The position numbers and the translations under genes are program-made. This document shows positions 1 to 7,473 of a stretch of 15,299 nucleotides of DNA, piece after piece. Within the stretch, counting starts at the first letter, position 1, and every line of letters starts with the position of its first letter. The notes under the pieces were generated by a model that saw nothing but the letters and a program-made list of their open reading frames with translations, was not told the DNA's origin and did no database searches. The stretch is from Candidatus Nanopusillus sp. GTDB lineage: Archaea; Nanobdellota; Nanobdellia; Nanobdellales; Nanobdellaceae. The DNA is taken from contig JAWDMD010000012.1 of the NCBI GenBank assembly GCA_046536775.1, positions 1 to 15,299 on the forward strand, in the 5' to 3' direction.

Positions 1-1091
1 TCCCATCCAGATATTTTTCCTTCCTTTATTAATTTTCTTATTTCAGATTTATGTAATGGTAAATCTTTTACTAATAGAGCTCCATAATTTATTATTGTTG
101 GAAATTTCCAACCAAAATATTCATAGATATATTTTTGTTTATAAGCATTTACTTCATGCTCCTTCATTCTCAAAACATGTGTTATTTCCATTAAATGATC
201 ATCTATAGAAACAGAGAAATTATACGTTGGCCACAACCAATATCTTTCTACATAATTTTTTCCATATTTTTTTAATAAATATGGATGTGGATTTTTGTTT
301 GGATCAACAATTCTAAATGCAATCCAATCTCTTATAGATGGATTTGGATGATTTAGATCAGTTTTAATCCTTATTACTGCTTTTTCTTCATCATAATATC
401 CATTTAGCATTTTTTCAAATTGTTCTAAATGCCATTCAGGTTCTTTCAACCTATATTCTGTAGGAATTCCTTCCGTTCTATATTTTGATATTATTTCTTT
501 TGGAGAAAGATCCACATATGCAAATCCTTTTTCAATTAATTCTTTTATATATTTATAATATATATCTAACCTTTCAGATTGTATATAAAATTCATCTACC
601 TTATCATTTATTAACCATTCAACATCCTCTTTTATTGATTCATATACGTCTGGATCTGGTTTTTTAACCTTTGGATCTGTATCTTCAATCCTTAAGACAA
701 ATTTTCCTTTATACATTTTTGCATATTCATAATTCAATATAATTGCCCTTGCATGACCTATATGTAAATATCCTGAAGGATTTGGAGCAAATCTTGTCCT
801 AACCTTACCTTCTATTGCATTCTTTAATGCTGGCAATCCTTTTCTCTCCTCTTTTTTCTTTTCTTCTAATAATTCTGGATATTCTTTTAATAATATATTA
901 TAAGCTTCTTCTCTAGATATATTAATTGAATTGTTTATTTCTTCTTTAACTTTTGGAATTATTTCTTTTATATTTTTCTTCAAATCTGGATTTTCATATA
1001 TTATCTTTGATACAACAGAATTTACATCTATATTTTCATACTTATATTTATTATATAATACCCATTTTTTTATTAAATTGTTTATATCCAT
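1..1091 (-). CDS. gltX: Glutamyl-tRNA synthetase, archaeal type (partial; C-terminus lies beyond the window start)
   Basis: Absent from the ORF track because the frame runs off position 1. My minus-strand translation from the ATG at 1089-1091 reads MDINNLIKKWVLYNKYKYENIDV...GKVRTRFAPNPSGYLHIGHARAIILNYEYAKMYKGKFVLRIEDTDPKV...WPTYNFSVSIDDHLMEITHVLRMKEH. It carries the class I HIGH-type signature (LHIGHA) and the RIEDTDP block typical of archaeal/eukaryal-type GluRS. The start codon lies 1 nt after the spt4 stop. Confidence 0.9.
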   Translation of the reverse strand, partial: MDINNLIKKWVLYNKYKYENIDVNSVVSKIIYENPDLKKNIKEIIPKVKEEINNSINISREEAYNILLKEYPELLEEKKKEERKGLPALKNAIEGKVRTRFAPNPSGYLHIGHARAIILNYEYAKMYKGKFVLRIEDTDPKVKKPDPDVYESIKEDVEWLINDKVDEFYIQSERLDIYYKYIKELIEKGFAYVDLSPKEIISKYRTEGIPTEYRLKEPEWHLEQFEKMLNGYYDEEKAVIRIKTDLNHPNPSIRDWIAFRIVDPNKNPHPYLLKKYGKNYVERYWLWPTYNFSVSIDDHLMEITHVLRMKEHEVNAYKQKYIYEYFGWKFPTIINYGALLVKDLPLHKSEIRKLIKEGKISGW

Positions 1092-1092
1092 C

Positions 1093-1296
1093 TTATAATA
1101 CTCTTATTGCCCACTTACCATCTTTTAAATTCAATTTTTTAGAGAATTCGGAATTATTTTGATTTACAATTACAATAAATCCAGAATAATCTTCAGATAA
1201 ATCTGTAGAACCGCAATATGGACATCTATCTACATCTTTATCAATTATTGCTTTACAATTTCTACAGATTTTTCTTTTTGGCTTTTTATATGCCAT
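1093..1296 (-). CDS. spt4: Transcription elongation factor Spt4 (RpoE'')
   Basis: The 67 aa product has a zinc ribbon CRNC...CPYCGS followed by DLSEDYSGFIVIV and a KWAIRV tail, the typical archaeal Spt4 layout. It sits immediately downstream of rpoE' with a TAATG stop/start overlap, which is the conserved archaeal gene pair. Confidence 0.85.
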   Translation of the reverse strand: MAYKKPKRKICRNCKAIIDKDVDRCPYCGSTDLSEDYSGFIVIVNQNNSEFSKKLNLKDGKWAIRVL

Positions 1297-1841
1297 TATT
1301 TACCAGATTTTTTCTTTTGTTCAAGCCATTCCAATTTTCCCAATCCTGGTTGTTTTAGTGTCATTGCAATTCTTACATTTGATACACCCTTATAACTTAC
1401 TGTAACTATTCTAGCTTTTACCATATCATTTACCTTTAATACTCTTTTACTATTTTTTCCAATTAAAGCTTCTCTTCCAGAAACTGATACCTCGTCATCC
1501 ATTATTTGAGAAATATGAACCAATGCATCTATGGGTCCTATATTTATAAATGCTCCAAATTCGGTTATGGATGATACAAATCCATATGTTAGTTCAGAAA
1601 TAATTGGTAAATATGAAATTGCAGTAAATTTTACTTTATAATATATCCCACCATCTTCAAAAACCATTATACCATCAGATATTTCATCTATAGATTTTAT
1701 TGTTACAATTATTCCATATTCTTTTCCACCCATCCCAACATAATTATTTAATAGTATTCTTTCTATCATTTCATTTGCATTATCTGTTATTTCGTTTGGT
1801 GGTACCCTTACTACATCGTATATTTGAACTTCATAAAACAT
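1296..1841 (-). CDS. rpo7: DNA-directed RNA polymerase subunit Rpo7 (E')
   Basis: The 181 aa product starts with an Rpb7-like N-terminus (MFYEVQIYDVVRVPPNEI). Its C-terminal S1/OB segment reads GFVSSITEFGAFINIGPIDALVHISQI. It is paired with spt4. Confidence 0.85.
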   Translation of the reverse strand: MFYEVQIYDVVRVPPNEITDNANEMIERILLNNYVGMGGKEYGIIVTIKSIDEISDGIMVFEDGGIYYKVKFTAISYLPIISELTYGFVSSITEFGAFINIGPIDALVHISQIMDDEVSVSGREALIGKNSKRVLKVNDMVKARIVTVSYKGVSNVRIAMTLKQPGLGKLEWLEQKKKSGK

Positions 1842-1909
1842 TATTAGAATGATTTTATAAATTTTTATAAATCTTTGTAATTTTTATTTTTTTGCAATAA
1901 AAAATTATT
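1842..1909. promoter_or_regulatory. Divergent promoter region between rpo7 and the primase gene
   Basis: This is a 68-nt A/T-only spacer. It contains tandem TATA-like TTTTATAAA elements (about 1852-1872) placed about 12-31 nt from the rpo7 ATG, and TTTTTATTTTTTT about 17-29 nt from the primase ATG. The spacing suits leaderless or short-leader archaeal mRNAs. There is no experimental support. Confidence 0.35.
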
Positions 1910-3301
1910 ATGAGTATAGTAACAAATAATTTAATTAAATTCTATCAAAATAATAAAGAGATTTTGGAAGATATGGTAAAAATTTCACAAAATAGAGAAG
2001 TTGGATATTTATTATCAAATAATAGTTTTGGACATAGGCCATCAAAAATAGAAACAGAAGATGATATAATAAATTATATTAAAAAGGGTGCTATTTCATT
2101 TCATATATCAATTGAGAGGTGGATTGATTTAAATATTTTGAGTGAGAAAGTTTCAAAAAAAGATTTGGATGAATATAAATTAGGATGGGATTTTATAATA
2201 GATATAGATACAAAATCTTTAGATCTATCAAAAGTTACTGCAAGAATTATTTTTGATTATTTAAAGGAAAAAGATATTAATCCTATATATATAAAATATT
2301 CTGGAGGAAAAGGATTTCATATAGCAATTCCATGGGAAATATTTCCAGAAACAATAAATATATACAAAAAAGATAATTTTATAGAAGAAGAGACAAGGAA
2401 ATTATTTCCAGATCTTGCAAGGATATTAGCATTATATATATCAAAAGAAATAGAGGGGAAATTAAAGAAAACAATATTATTAAAATTTAGTGAGGATGAA
2501 TTAAAAGAATATGGAGTAAATGATATAGAAAGATTTAATCCATATGATATAATTGAAATAGATACAATATTAATATCATCAAGACATTTAATTAGATGCC
2601 TATATTCAGTAAATGAAAAAACAGGAAACTTATCTATACCAATAAAAGAAAATTATATAGAAAAGTTAAATCCTGAAGATTCTAATATAAATAATTATTC
2701 ATATGAAGGCATACCATATTTAACTGAAGATCTAGAAAGAAAAGAATCTAGAGAATTAAAAAAATTAATTAACGATTCATTATTATGGAAAATAAAAAAT
2801 GAATTTGAAGCAACAAAATTTAGTCGATTAGCAGAGAATTATAAAAATAAGGAAGGAATTGAAGAGGCAGAGAGGGATATAGAAGAAATAAAGAAAACAA
2901 AAATAGAAATAAACGAGGATTTATTTCCCCCATGTATAAAAAATATATTAAATAATAAAGAAATAGAGGATGGAAGAAAGAGATCTTTATTTATATTAAT
3001 AAATTTCTTTACAAATATTGGATGGGATTGGGATAAAATTGAAAAATATATAAAAGAATGGAATGAAAGTTTACAAGATCCATTAAAGGATAGATATATA
3101 GATTATCAAATAGAATGGCATAAGAAGTTATATAAAAATAATAAGAAATATTTAACCCCAAATTGCAATAATGAAGTATATTATAAGGATATTGGTGTTT
3201 GTACTCCAGATAATATTTGTTCATTAATTAAAAATCCCATATCATATCCAATTAAAAAAATTAAAAGTACAAAATCTTCTCAGGATTCTCAAAATAATTA
3301 A
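1910..3301 (+). CDS. priS: DNA primase, single-chain fusion of the catalytic small subunit (PriS) with the PriL-like Fe-S C-terminal domain
   Basis: The N-terminal part carries the AEP motifs GWDFIIDIDTK (DxD, D at about nt 2201-2209), YSGGKGFHIAIPW (SGxGxH) and ISSRHLIRCLYSVNEKTG. From about nt 2920 the sequence reads FPPCIKNIL...GRKRSLFILINFF...YLTPNCNNEVYYKDIGVCTPDNICSLIKNPISYP. This matches the PriL C-terminal domain pattern, with four Cys at aa 342, 419, 431 and 437. Confidence 0.85.
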   Translation: MSIVTNNLIKFYQNNKEILEDMVKISQNREVGYLLSNNSFGHRPSKIETEDDIINYIKKGAISFHISIERWIDLNILSEKVSKKDLDEYKLGWDFIIDIDTKSLDLSKVTARIIFDYLKEKDINPIYIKYSGGKGFHIAIPWEIFPETINIYKKDNFIEEETRKLFPDLARILALYISKEIEGKLKKTILLKFSEDELKEYGVNDIERFNPYDIIEIDTILISSRHLIRCLYSVNEKTGNLSIPIKENYIEKLNPEDSNINNYSYEGIPYLTEDLERKESRELKKLINDSLLWKIKNEFEATKFSRLAENYKNKEGIEEAERDIEEIKKTKIEINEDLFPPCIKNILNNKEIEDGRKRSLFILINFFTNIGWDWDKIEKYIKEWNESLQDPLKDRYIDYQIEWHKKLYKNNKKYLTPNCNNEVYYKDIGVCTPDNICSLIKNPISYPIKKIKSTKSSQDSQNN

Positions 3302-3647
3302 TATAGAACTTTATTTCCTCAATATATTTTCTTAAATCTTCAACCTCCCTTACCCTAAAATATCTAAAGAATTTTCTCCTTTCAATATCATTTATAATTA
3401 TTCCATCAGATTCTAATAAATTTCTTACATATTTGTACAATATTCTTCCTTTATTATCATTATCTGTTAATATAATTGCCTCTCTATAATTTAAAAATAC
3501 TTCATCATCCTTTCTCAGTTCATATATTGTATATACATTATTAAATCCAACTTCTTTTAATACTTCCTTATCTTTCTTACCTTCTACAATTATAATAGAA
3601 TCTTTTTTCTCCCTTAGCCTGTGCAAAAAAGATACTACCTTATACAT
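3261..3647 (-). CDS. Small Toprim-domain protein (archaeal stand-alone Toprim, RNase M5/primase-like family)
   Basis: The 128 aa product has the conserved Toprim Glu in IIIVEGKKDKEVL and the DxD motif in AIILTDNDNKGR. Its 3' end overlaps the convergent primase 3' end by 41 nt. Confidence 0.7.
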   Translation of the reverse strand: MYKVVSFLHRLREKKDSIIIVEGKKDKEVLKEVGFNNVYTIYELRKDDEVFLNYREAIILTDNDNKGRILYKYVRNLLESDGIIINDIERRKFFRYFRVREVEDLRKYIEEIKFYINYFENPEKILYF

Positions 3648-3691
3648 TATAAAAAGTTTAACTTTTAATTATTAAAGTTTTTTTATTTATT
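3648..3691. promoter_or_regulatory. Shared bidirectional promoter region (Toprim gene versus orphan pair)
   Basis: A 44-nt A/T spacer contains one quasi-palindromic TATA-like element, CTTTTAATTATTAAAG (about 3662-3677). It lies roughly 15-30 nt from both divergent ATGs. Confidence 0.3.
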
Positions 3692-4177
3692 ATGCCACCA
3701 AAGGAAAGAATTGTTGATGGTAAAGTATTCTCATATACTGGGCTAATTGACTTTCAGAAATTCTATAAATCAACGAAAGAATTTTGGGATAGTAAGGGAT
3801 TTGACTTTTTTGAGAATAAACATGAAGAAAAGGTAAAGGATGATGGATCTAGATCTATAAATTTAGAATGGCATACAGAAAAGAAGATAACTGATTATGT
3901 AACATATAGTTATGATATAAATATTACAACAGATACTTTAAAATTAGTGGATAATATGAAACAATATGTAGAGAATCTAAATATAAAAATAAATGGAGAT
4001 TTAATAACAGATTACCAAAAATATTTTGGAGACAAACCATTTAATGTATTTCTTAGGGGATTATTTGAAAAGTATTTATATGATAGTGAATTAAAAGATC
4101 ATAAGAAAAATGTTGGAAAAATTGCAGATGATTTTCTAAGTTTAGTAAAGGACTTTACAGCATCATTTAAACTATGA
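3692..4177 (+). CDS. Hypothetical protein (orphan A, 161 aa)
   Basis: A long ORF in a stop-rich A+T genome with a protein-like, non-repetitive composition. Its stop overlaps the start of the next ORF (ATGA). I recognise no family motif and see no TM segment or signal peptide. Confidence 0.6.
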   Translation: MPPKERIVDGKVFSYTGLIDFQKFYKSTKEFWDSKGFDFFENKHEEKVKDDGSRSINLEWHTEKKITDYVTYSYDINITTDTLKLVDNMKQYVENLNIKINGDLITDYQKYFGDKPFNVFLRGLFEKYLYDSELKDHKKNVGKIADDFLSLVKDFTASFKL

Positions 4178-4716
4178 CCTTTGAAACAATATATAAAACA
4201 AGGGTAAAATCAAAAATAAAATTTGTTCCACAGGATTTTTATGAAAAATTCAAAAAATTCCTTGAAAGTAATAAATGGGAGGGTATATTTAAAAAAGATA
4301 GATATGAAAAATATTATTTTCATAGATTAACTCCAGAAGGTTTGTTGTTTGTAGAAGCTAAATGGGAAGCTTATAAAAATTATTGGAAGGAAGAACCAAA
4401 GATTGATTGGAAAATTGAATTAACAATAGTAATTAATGCTTATAATATAAATACTCTTGTTGGTGATTTAGATATAAGTATAGAAAGCTCTCACGATATA
4501 GAAGAATTCAAAGATTTTGATATAAGTAAAGCTGGTAGAACTGAAAAAATCTTATTAAGCTTGGGTTTTTCAAAGGTATTGGGTTCGTTGAAATCTAATC
4601 TAGAAAAGGTTAGAGGAAAAAAGAAATTAATAGATATGTCGGGAAGAGATTTATATGATAGTTCTGAAAAGATAAAAAATTTTGTATTAGATTATTTCAA
4701 ATTATATAAATATTAG
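4174..4716 (+). CDS. Hypothetical protein (orphan B, 180 aa), apparent distant paralog of orphan A
   Basis: It is translationally coupled to orphan A. By-eye similarity includes QDFYEKFKKFLESNKWEGIFKKDRYEK against QKFYKSTKEFWDSKGFDFFENKHEEK in A, and a similar C-terminal KI..F....F motif. I recognise no family motif. Confidence 0.6.
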   Translation: MTFETIYKTRVKSKIKFVPQDFYEKFKKFLESNKWEGIFKKDRYEKYYFHRLTPEGLLFVEAKWEAYKNYWKEEPKIDWKIELTIVINAYNINTLVGDLDISIESSHDIEEFKDFDISKAGRTEKILLSLGFSKVLGSLKSNLEKVRGKKKLIDMSGRDLYDSSEKIKNFVLDYFKLYKY

Positions 4717-5090
4717 ATATTAAAAATTTCAATATTTAATTCTTTTGCCTTATTTATTATCTGTTCTCTTTTTCTTTTTCCAACACTAGAAGCAATTATT
4801 GCACACTCTTTTTCTTTATCTATTTTTTCTAATTCTTCTAAATTGTGTACTAATATGGGTTTTTTACCATTTGGCAATAATCCTTTTACTTCTTTTGGAG
4901 AACCATATCCAACTTCTATCATAGAAACTCTGCTTTTCAATTTCCTTCTTATCTTATTATGTATACCCCTTGGTCTTCTCCAAGATTCTTTTTTATTTCT
5001 CAATTTCATTACTTTCCACCATTGAAATCTAAGATAATCTGGTTTTTTCCTCTTAATTGTTTTTCTTAATTTTAATAATTTATTCATCAT
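4713..5090 (-). CDS. rpl32e: 50S ribosomal protein L32e (eL32)
   Basis: The 125 aa product contains KPDYLRFQWWKVMKL...SWRRPRGIHNKIRRKLK...VGYGSPKEVKGLLPNGKKPILVHN, a typical eL32 sequence. It follows L6 with an ATGA overlap. Confidence 0.9.
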   Translation of the reverse strand: MMNKLLKLRKTIKRKKPDYLRFQWWKVMKLRNKKESWRRPRGIHNKIRRKLKSRVSMIEVGYGSPKEVKGLLPNGKKPILVHNLEELEKIDKEKECAIIASSVGKRKREQIINKAKELNIEIFNI

Positions 5091-5620
5091 GGTTTTTGTA
5101 TAATATAAATTCCATCTTGGAATTTTCTTAAATCCTTTTCCTTAGGTTTTACTGAATTTTCTATTAATCCTGCTAGATTTCCCAATAATTCTATATCATA
5201 CCCCTCTAATGTAATCTCATTTTCATTCAATGTGGCTTTTACTCCTGGGGGTATTTCTATCTCTTTTATATCTCTTTCACCCATATAATTTTCAATTATT
5301 AATTTATTATTTTGTAATTTTAATTTCAATGGAAAGTGTACTGAAATACCCTTTAGTTTATATACAAAACCTTTTGTTACACCATCAATATCATTTTTTA
5401 TATGCGCAACCATTGTATTCATATCTTTAATTATTTTCCTTGATGGGTAATATGCTTTAAATATTATTTTATTTTCTCTTATTTCAACAATAATATTTCT
5501 GTTATTTATATTCCTATATTTTTCTCCCTTAGGTCCTTTTACATATATTTTTCCATTTTCTATTGATATATTTACACCATTTGGTATTTCTACATACTCT
5601 ATCATAATTGGAAGTCTCAT
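5087..5620 (-). CDS. rpl6: 50S ribosomal protein L6 (uL6)
   Basis: The 177 aa product has the duplicated uL6 pattern VEIPNGVNISIENGKIYVKGPKGE ... IEIPPGVKATLNENEITLEGYD. Confidence 0.9.
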   Translation of the reverse strand: MRLPIMIEYVEIPNGVNISIENGKIYVKGPKGEKYRNINNRNIIVEIRENKIIFKAYYPSRKIIKDMNTMVAHIKNDIDGVTKGFVYKLKGISVHFPLKLKLQNNKLIIENYMGERDIKEIEIPPGVKATLNENEITLEGYDIELLGNLAGLIENSVKPKEKDLRKFQDGIYIIQKP

Positions 5621-5651
5621 CTTATCTTTATATTATAAAAAATATTAAAAA

Positions 5652-6182
5652 TTATTCTTTTACAACATTTACACCAAAACTATTTTTTAGATATTCTATA
5701 ACCTCCTCTTTTGTAGTTCTATGTCTTTCAGGTATTCTTGACCTCTTAATTCTTCTATAAATTACTCTATATCCAGGTCTCCTAACGGTTACTATAACAT
5801 CCATACCATATATACCAATTGATGGATCATATTTCATACCAGGTATCCATACATATTCCTTTATTCCAAATCCAAAGTTTCCATATTTATCGAATTGAGA
5901 TTCCTTTAATGTACTATTTACTGCTTTCAACAACCATTTCAATGTTTCTTCAGCTTTCTTACCCCTTATTGTTAATTTAACTCCGATTTCTAATCCTGGT
6001 CTAATTCCCCAAGCCTGTACTCTCTTCTTTGCCTTTGTTCTAACAGGTTTAAAATCTGGAAACATCTTTTTTAATAGTTTCTCTGCCTTTTCTAAAGGTT
6101 CACCAGGTTTTCCCACTCCAATGTTTACTGTTACCTTATCAATAACAATTCTTCTCATTATATTGTTTTTATTTTGGTTCAT
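5652..6182 (-). CDS. rpl5: 50S ribosomal protein L5 (uL5)
   Basis: The 176 aa product contains MRRIVIDKVTVNIGVGKPGEPLEKAEKLL...PVRTKAKKRVQAWGIRPGLEIGVKLTIRGKKAEE, the archaeal uL5 pattern. Confidence 0.9.
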   Translation of the reverse strand: MNQNKNNIMRRIVIDKVTVNIGVGKPGEPLEKAEKLLKKMFPDFKPVRTKAKKRVQAWGIRPGLEIGVKLTIRGKKAEETLKWLLKAVNSTLKESQFDKYGNFGFGIKEYVWIPGMKYDPSIGIYGMDVIVTVRRPGYRVIYRRIKRSRIPERHRTTKEEVIEYLKNSFGVNVVKE

Positions 6183-6910
6183 CTTACAGTAATTAGGGGT
6201 TTGTCTTCGCCTATAACAACCGAGTAATCAAATATTGTTTCTTCCTTTCTATTATTATCTATATTTATATATTCTATAAATCTTGTATGTCCAAAAGGTT
6301 TTCTGAATATTTTTATATTCTCTAATTTTCCAATAGTACCTACTTTTGCTCCATAGAATATATATATTAAATTTCCCTTATTCATTTTTATTATTTTTTC
6401 TATTTTGTTTTCTTTTGTATTAAATAAAATACTATCTCCTGTTTTTATGTCTTTATCTTCAATTACAAAATTCCTTCCATCAATTCCAGCAACCTGTATT
6501 TTTCCTCCATTAACAATATTCTTTCTTATAATTTTTATTACTTTCAAATCTTTTTCTTGTTCTGGAATTTCGACTAACCCCAATTTTAAATTATCTGACA
6601 TAACAACCCTATAATTTTTATTCAGATCTTTAATTGATATAACATCAAACAGTCCAACATTATATTCTATATCTTTTATTTTCTTATTATTTACCAAAAC
6701 TTTTCCATTTCTTAATAAATATCTTGCCTCTCTCTTATTTTTTACAATATTCAAATAGTCTCTTAACCATAATAGTATTGGCATGCCATATTCAAACTTA
6801 TATCCATTTGTTGCTGGTCTAATAATCCAATAATTTTTCTTCCTACTTATTGGCCACGTTTTTGGTATTGTAATATTTCTTAAATGCCTTTTATTGGAAA
6901 CATGAGCCAT
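6179..6910 (-). CDS. rps4e: 30S ribosomal protein S4e (eS4)
   Basis: The 243 aa product has the N-terminus MAHVSNKRHLRNITIPKTWPISRKKNYWIIRPATNG and an S4/KOW-like middle region. It occupies the canonical position between L24 and L5. Confidence 0.9.
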   Translation of the reverse strand: MAHVSNKRHLRNITIPKTWPISRKKNYWIIRPATNGYKFEYGMPILLWLRDYLNIVKNKREARYLLRNGKVLVNNKKIKDIEYNVGLFDVISIKDLNKNYRVVMSDNLKLGLVEIPEQEKDLKVIKIIRKNIVNGGKIQVAGIDGRNFVIEDKDIKTGDSILFNTKENKIEKIIKMNKGNLIYIFYGAKVGTIGKLENIKIFRKPFGHTRFIEYINIDNNRKEETIFDYSVVIGEDKPLITVR

Positions 6911-6947
6911 TTTATTATTTTTTAATAACTATTTTTAAAATATTTTC

Positions 6948-7472
6948 TTATTTAAATTTTTTATTCAATTCCATTACTTTTGCCAATTCGTCTTCCTTTA
7001 CTGAGAAATTATTCATTAATTGGTTTATTAATTCTTCTATTTTATTTTCTTCAATATTTTTTGCCTTCATTTTTCTTTTTATAATTTCTATTCTCTTTTT
7101 ATCCTTTAAATTCAACTTTGATATTAATAATTTTGAACTATGAAGAGGCCTATATATTTCTCTATTTGCCTTATTTGTAAATTTAACATTATCTACATAT
7201 ACCTTGTATCTTTTTCTATCTATATAGATTACAAATCCTTCAGTATTTCTATATTTACCCCTTAAAACTTTAACATAATCTCCAACCTTTAAGGGTAAAG
7301 AGGTTATATTAATTAATTTTTTTATATCTTTTGATAACATTGAGGAAATTATCTTACCCCTAATATGTAAAGGTGCATTTAATATATATTTTCTCTGTTT
7401 TCTAGAGTTTTTAGAAGATTTCCATGATGAACTCCAATCTTTATAATCAATATTTTTTATTTCTAGAACCAT
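6948..7472 (-). CDS. rpl24: 50S ribosomal protein L24 (uL24) with a C-terminal extension
   Basis: The core sequence is KQRKYILNAPLHIRGKIISSMLSKDI...LPLKVGDYVKVLRGKYRNTEGFVIYIDRKRYKVYVDNV (KOW). I prefer the ATG at 7470-7472 (MVLEIK...), which lies 1 nt after the L14 stop. The track start at 7523 would overlap L14 by 50 nt. Confidence 0.85.
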   Translation of the reverse strand: MVLEIKNIDYKDWSSSWKSSKNSRKQRKYILNAPLHIRGKIISSMLSKDIKKLINITSLPLKVGDYVKVLRGKYRNTEGFVIYIDRKRYKVYVDNVKFTNKANREIYRPLHSSKLLISKLNLKDKKRIEIIKRKMKAKNIEENKIEELINQLMNNFSVKEDELAKVMELNKKFK

Positions 7473-7473
7473 T

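Noticed and set aside
485-1162. Plus-strand ORFs at 485-667 and 953-1162
   Set aside because: They are antisense to the GluRS and Spt4 coding sequence and are low-complexity L/I/F/Y-rich translations typical of A+T-rich antisense frames.
3009-3224. A 71-aa minus-strand ORF inside the primase gene
   Set aside because: It is antisense to the conserved PriL-like Fe-S domain. Its Y/N/I/L-rich low-complexity peptide has no supporting features.
5621-5651. Possible hidden S14 or S8 genes between L5 and L6
   Set aside because: The gap is only 31 nt and neither flanking ORF has an extra domain, so these genes are genuinely absent from this locus.
4843-6614. Plus-strand ORFs at 4843-5025, 5230-5430 and 6405-6614
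   Set aside because: Each lies antisense to a ribosomal protein gene (L32e, L6, S4e) and is a compositionally biased shadow frame.
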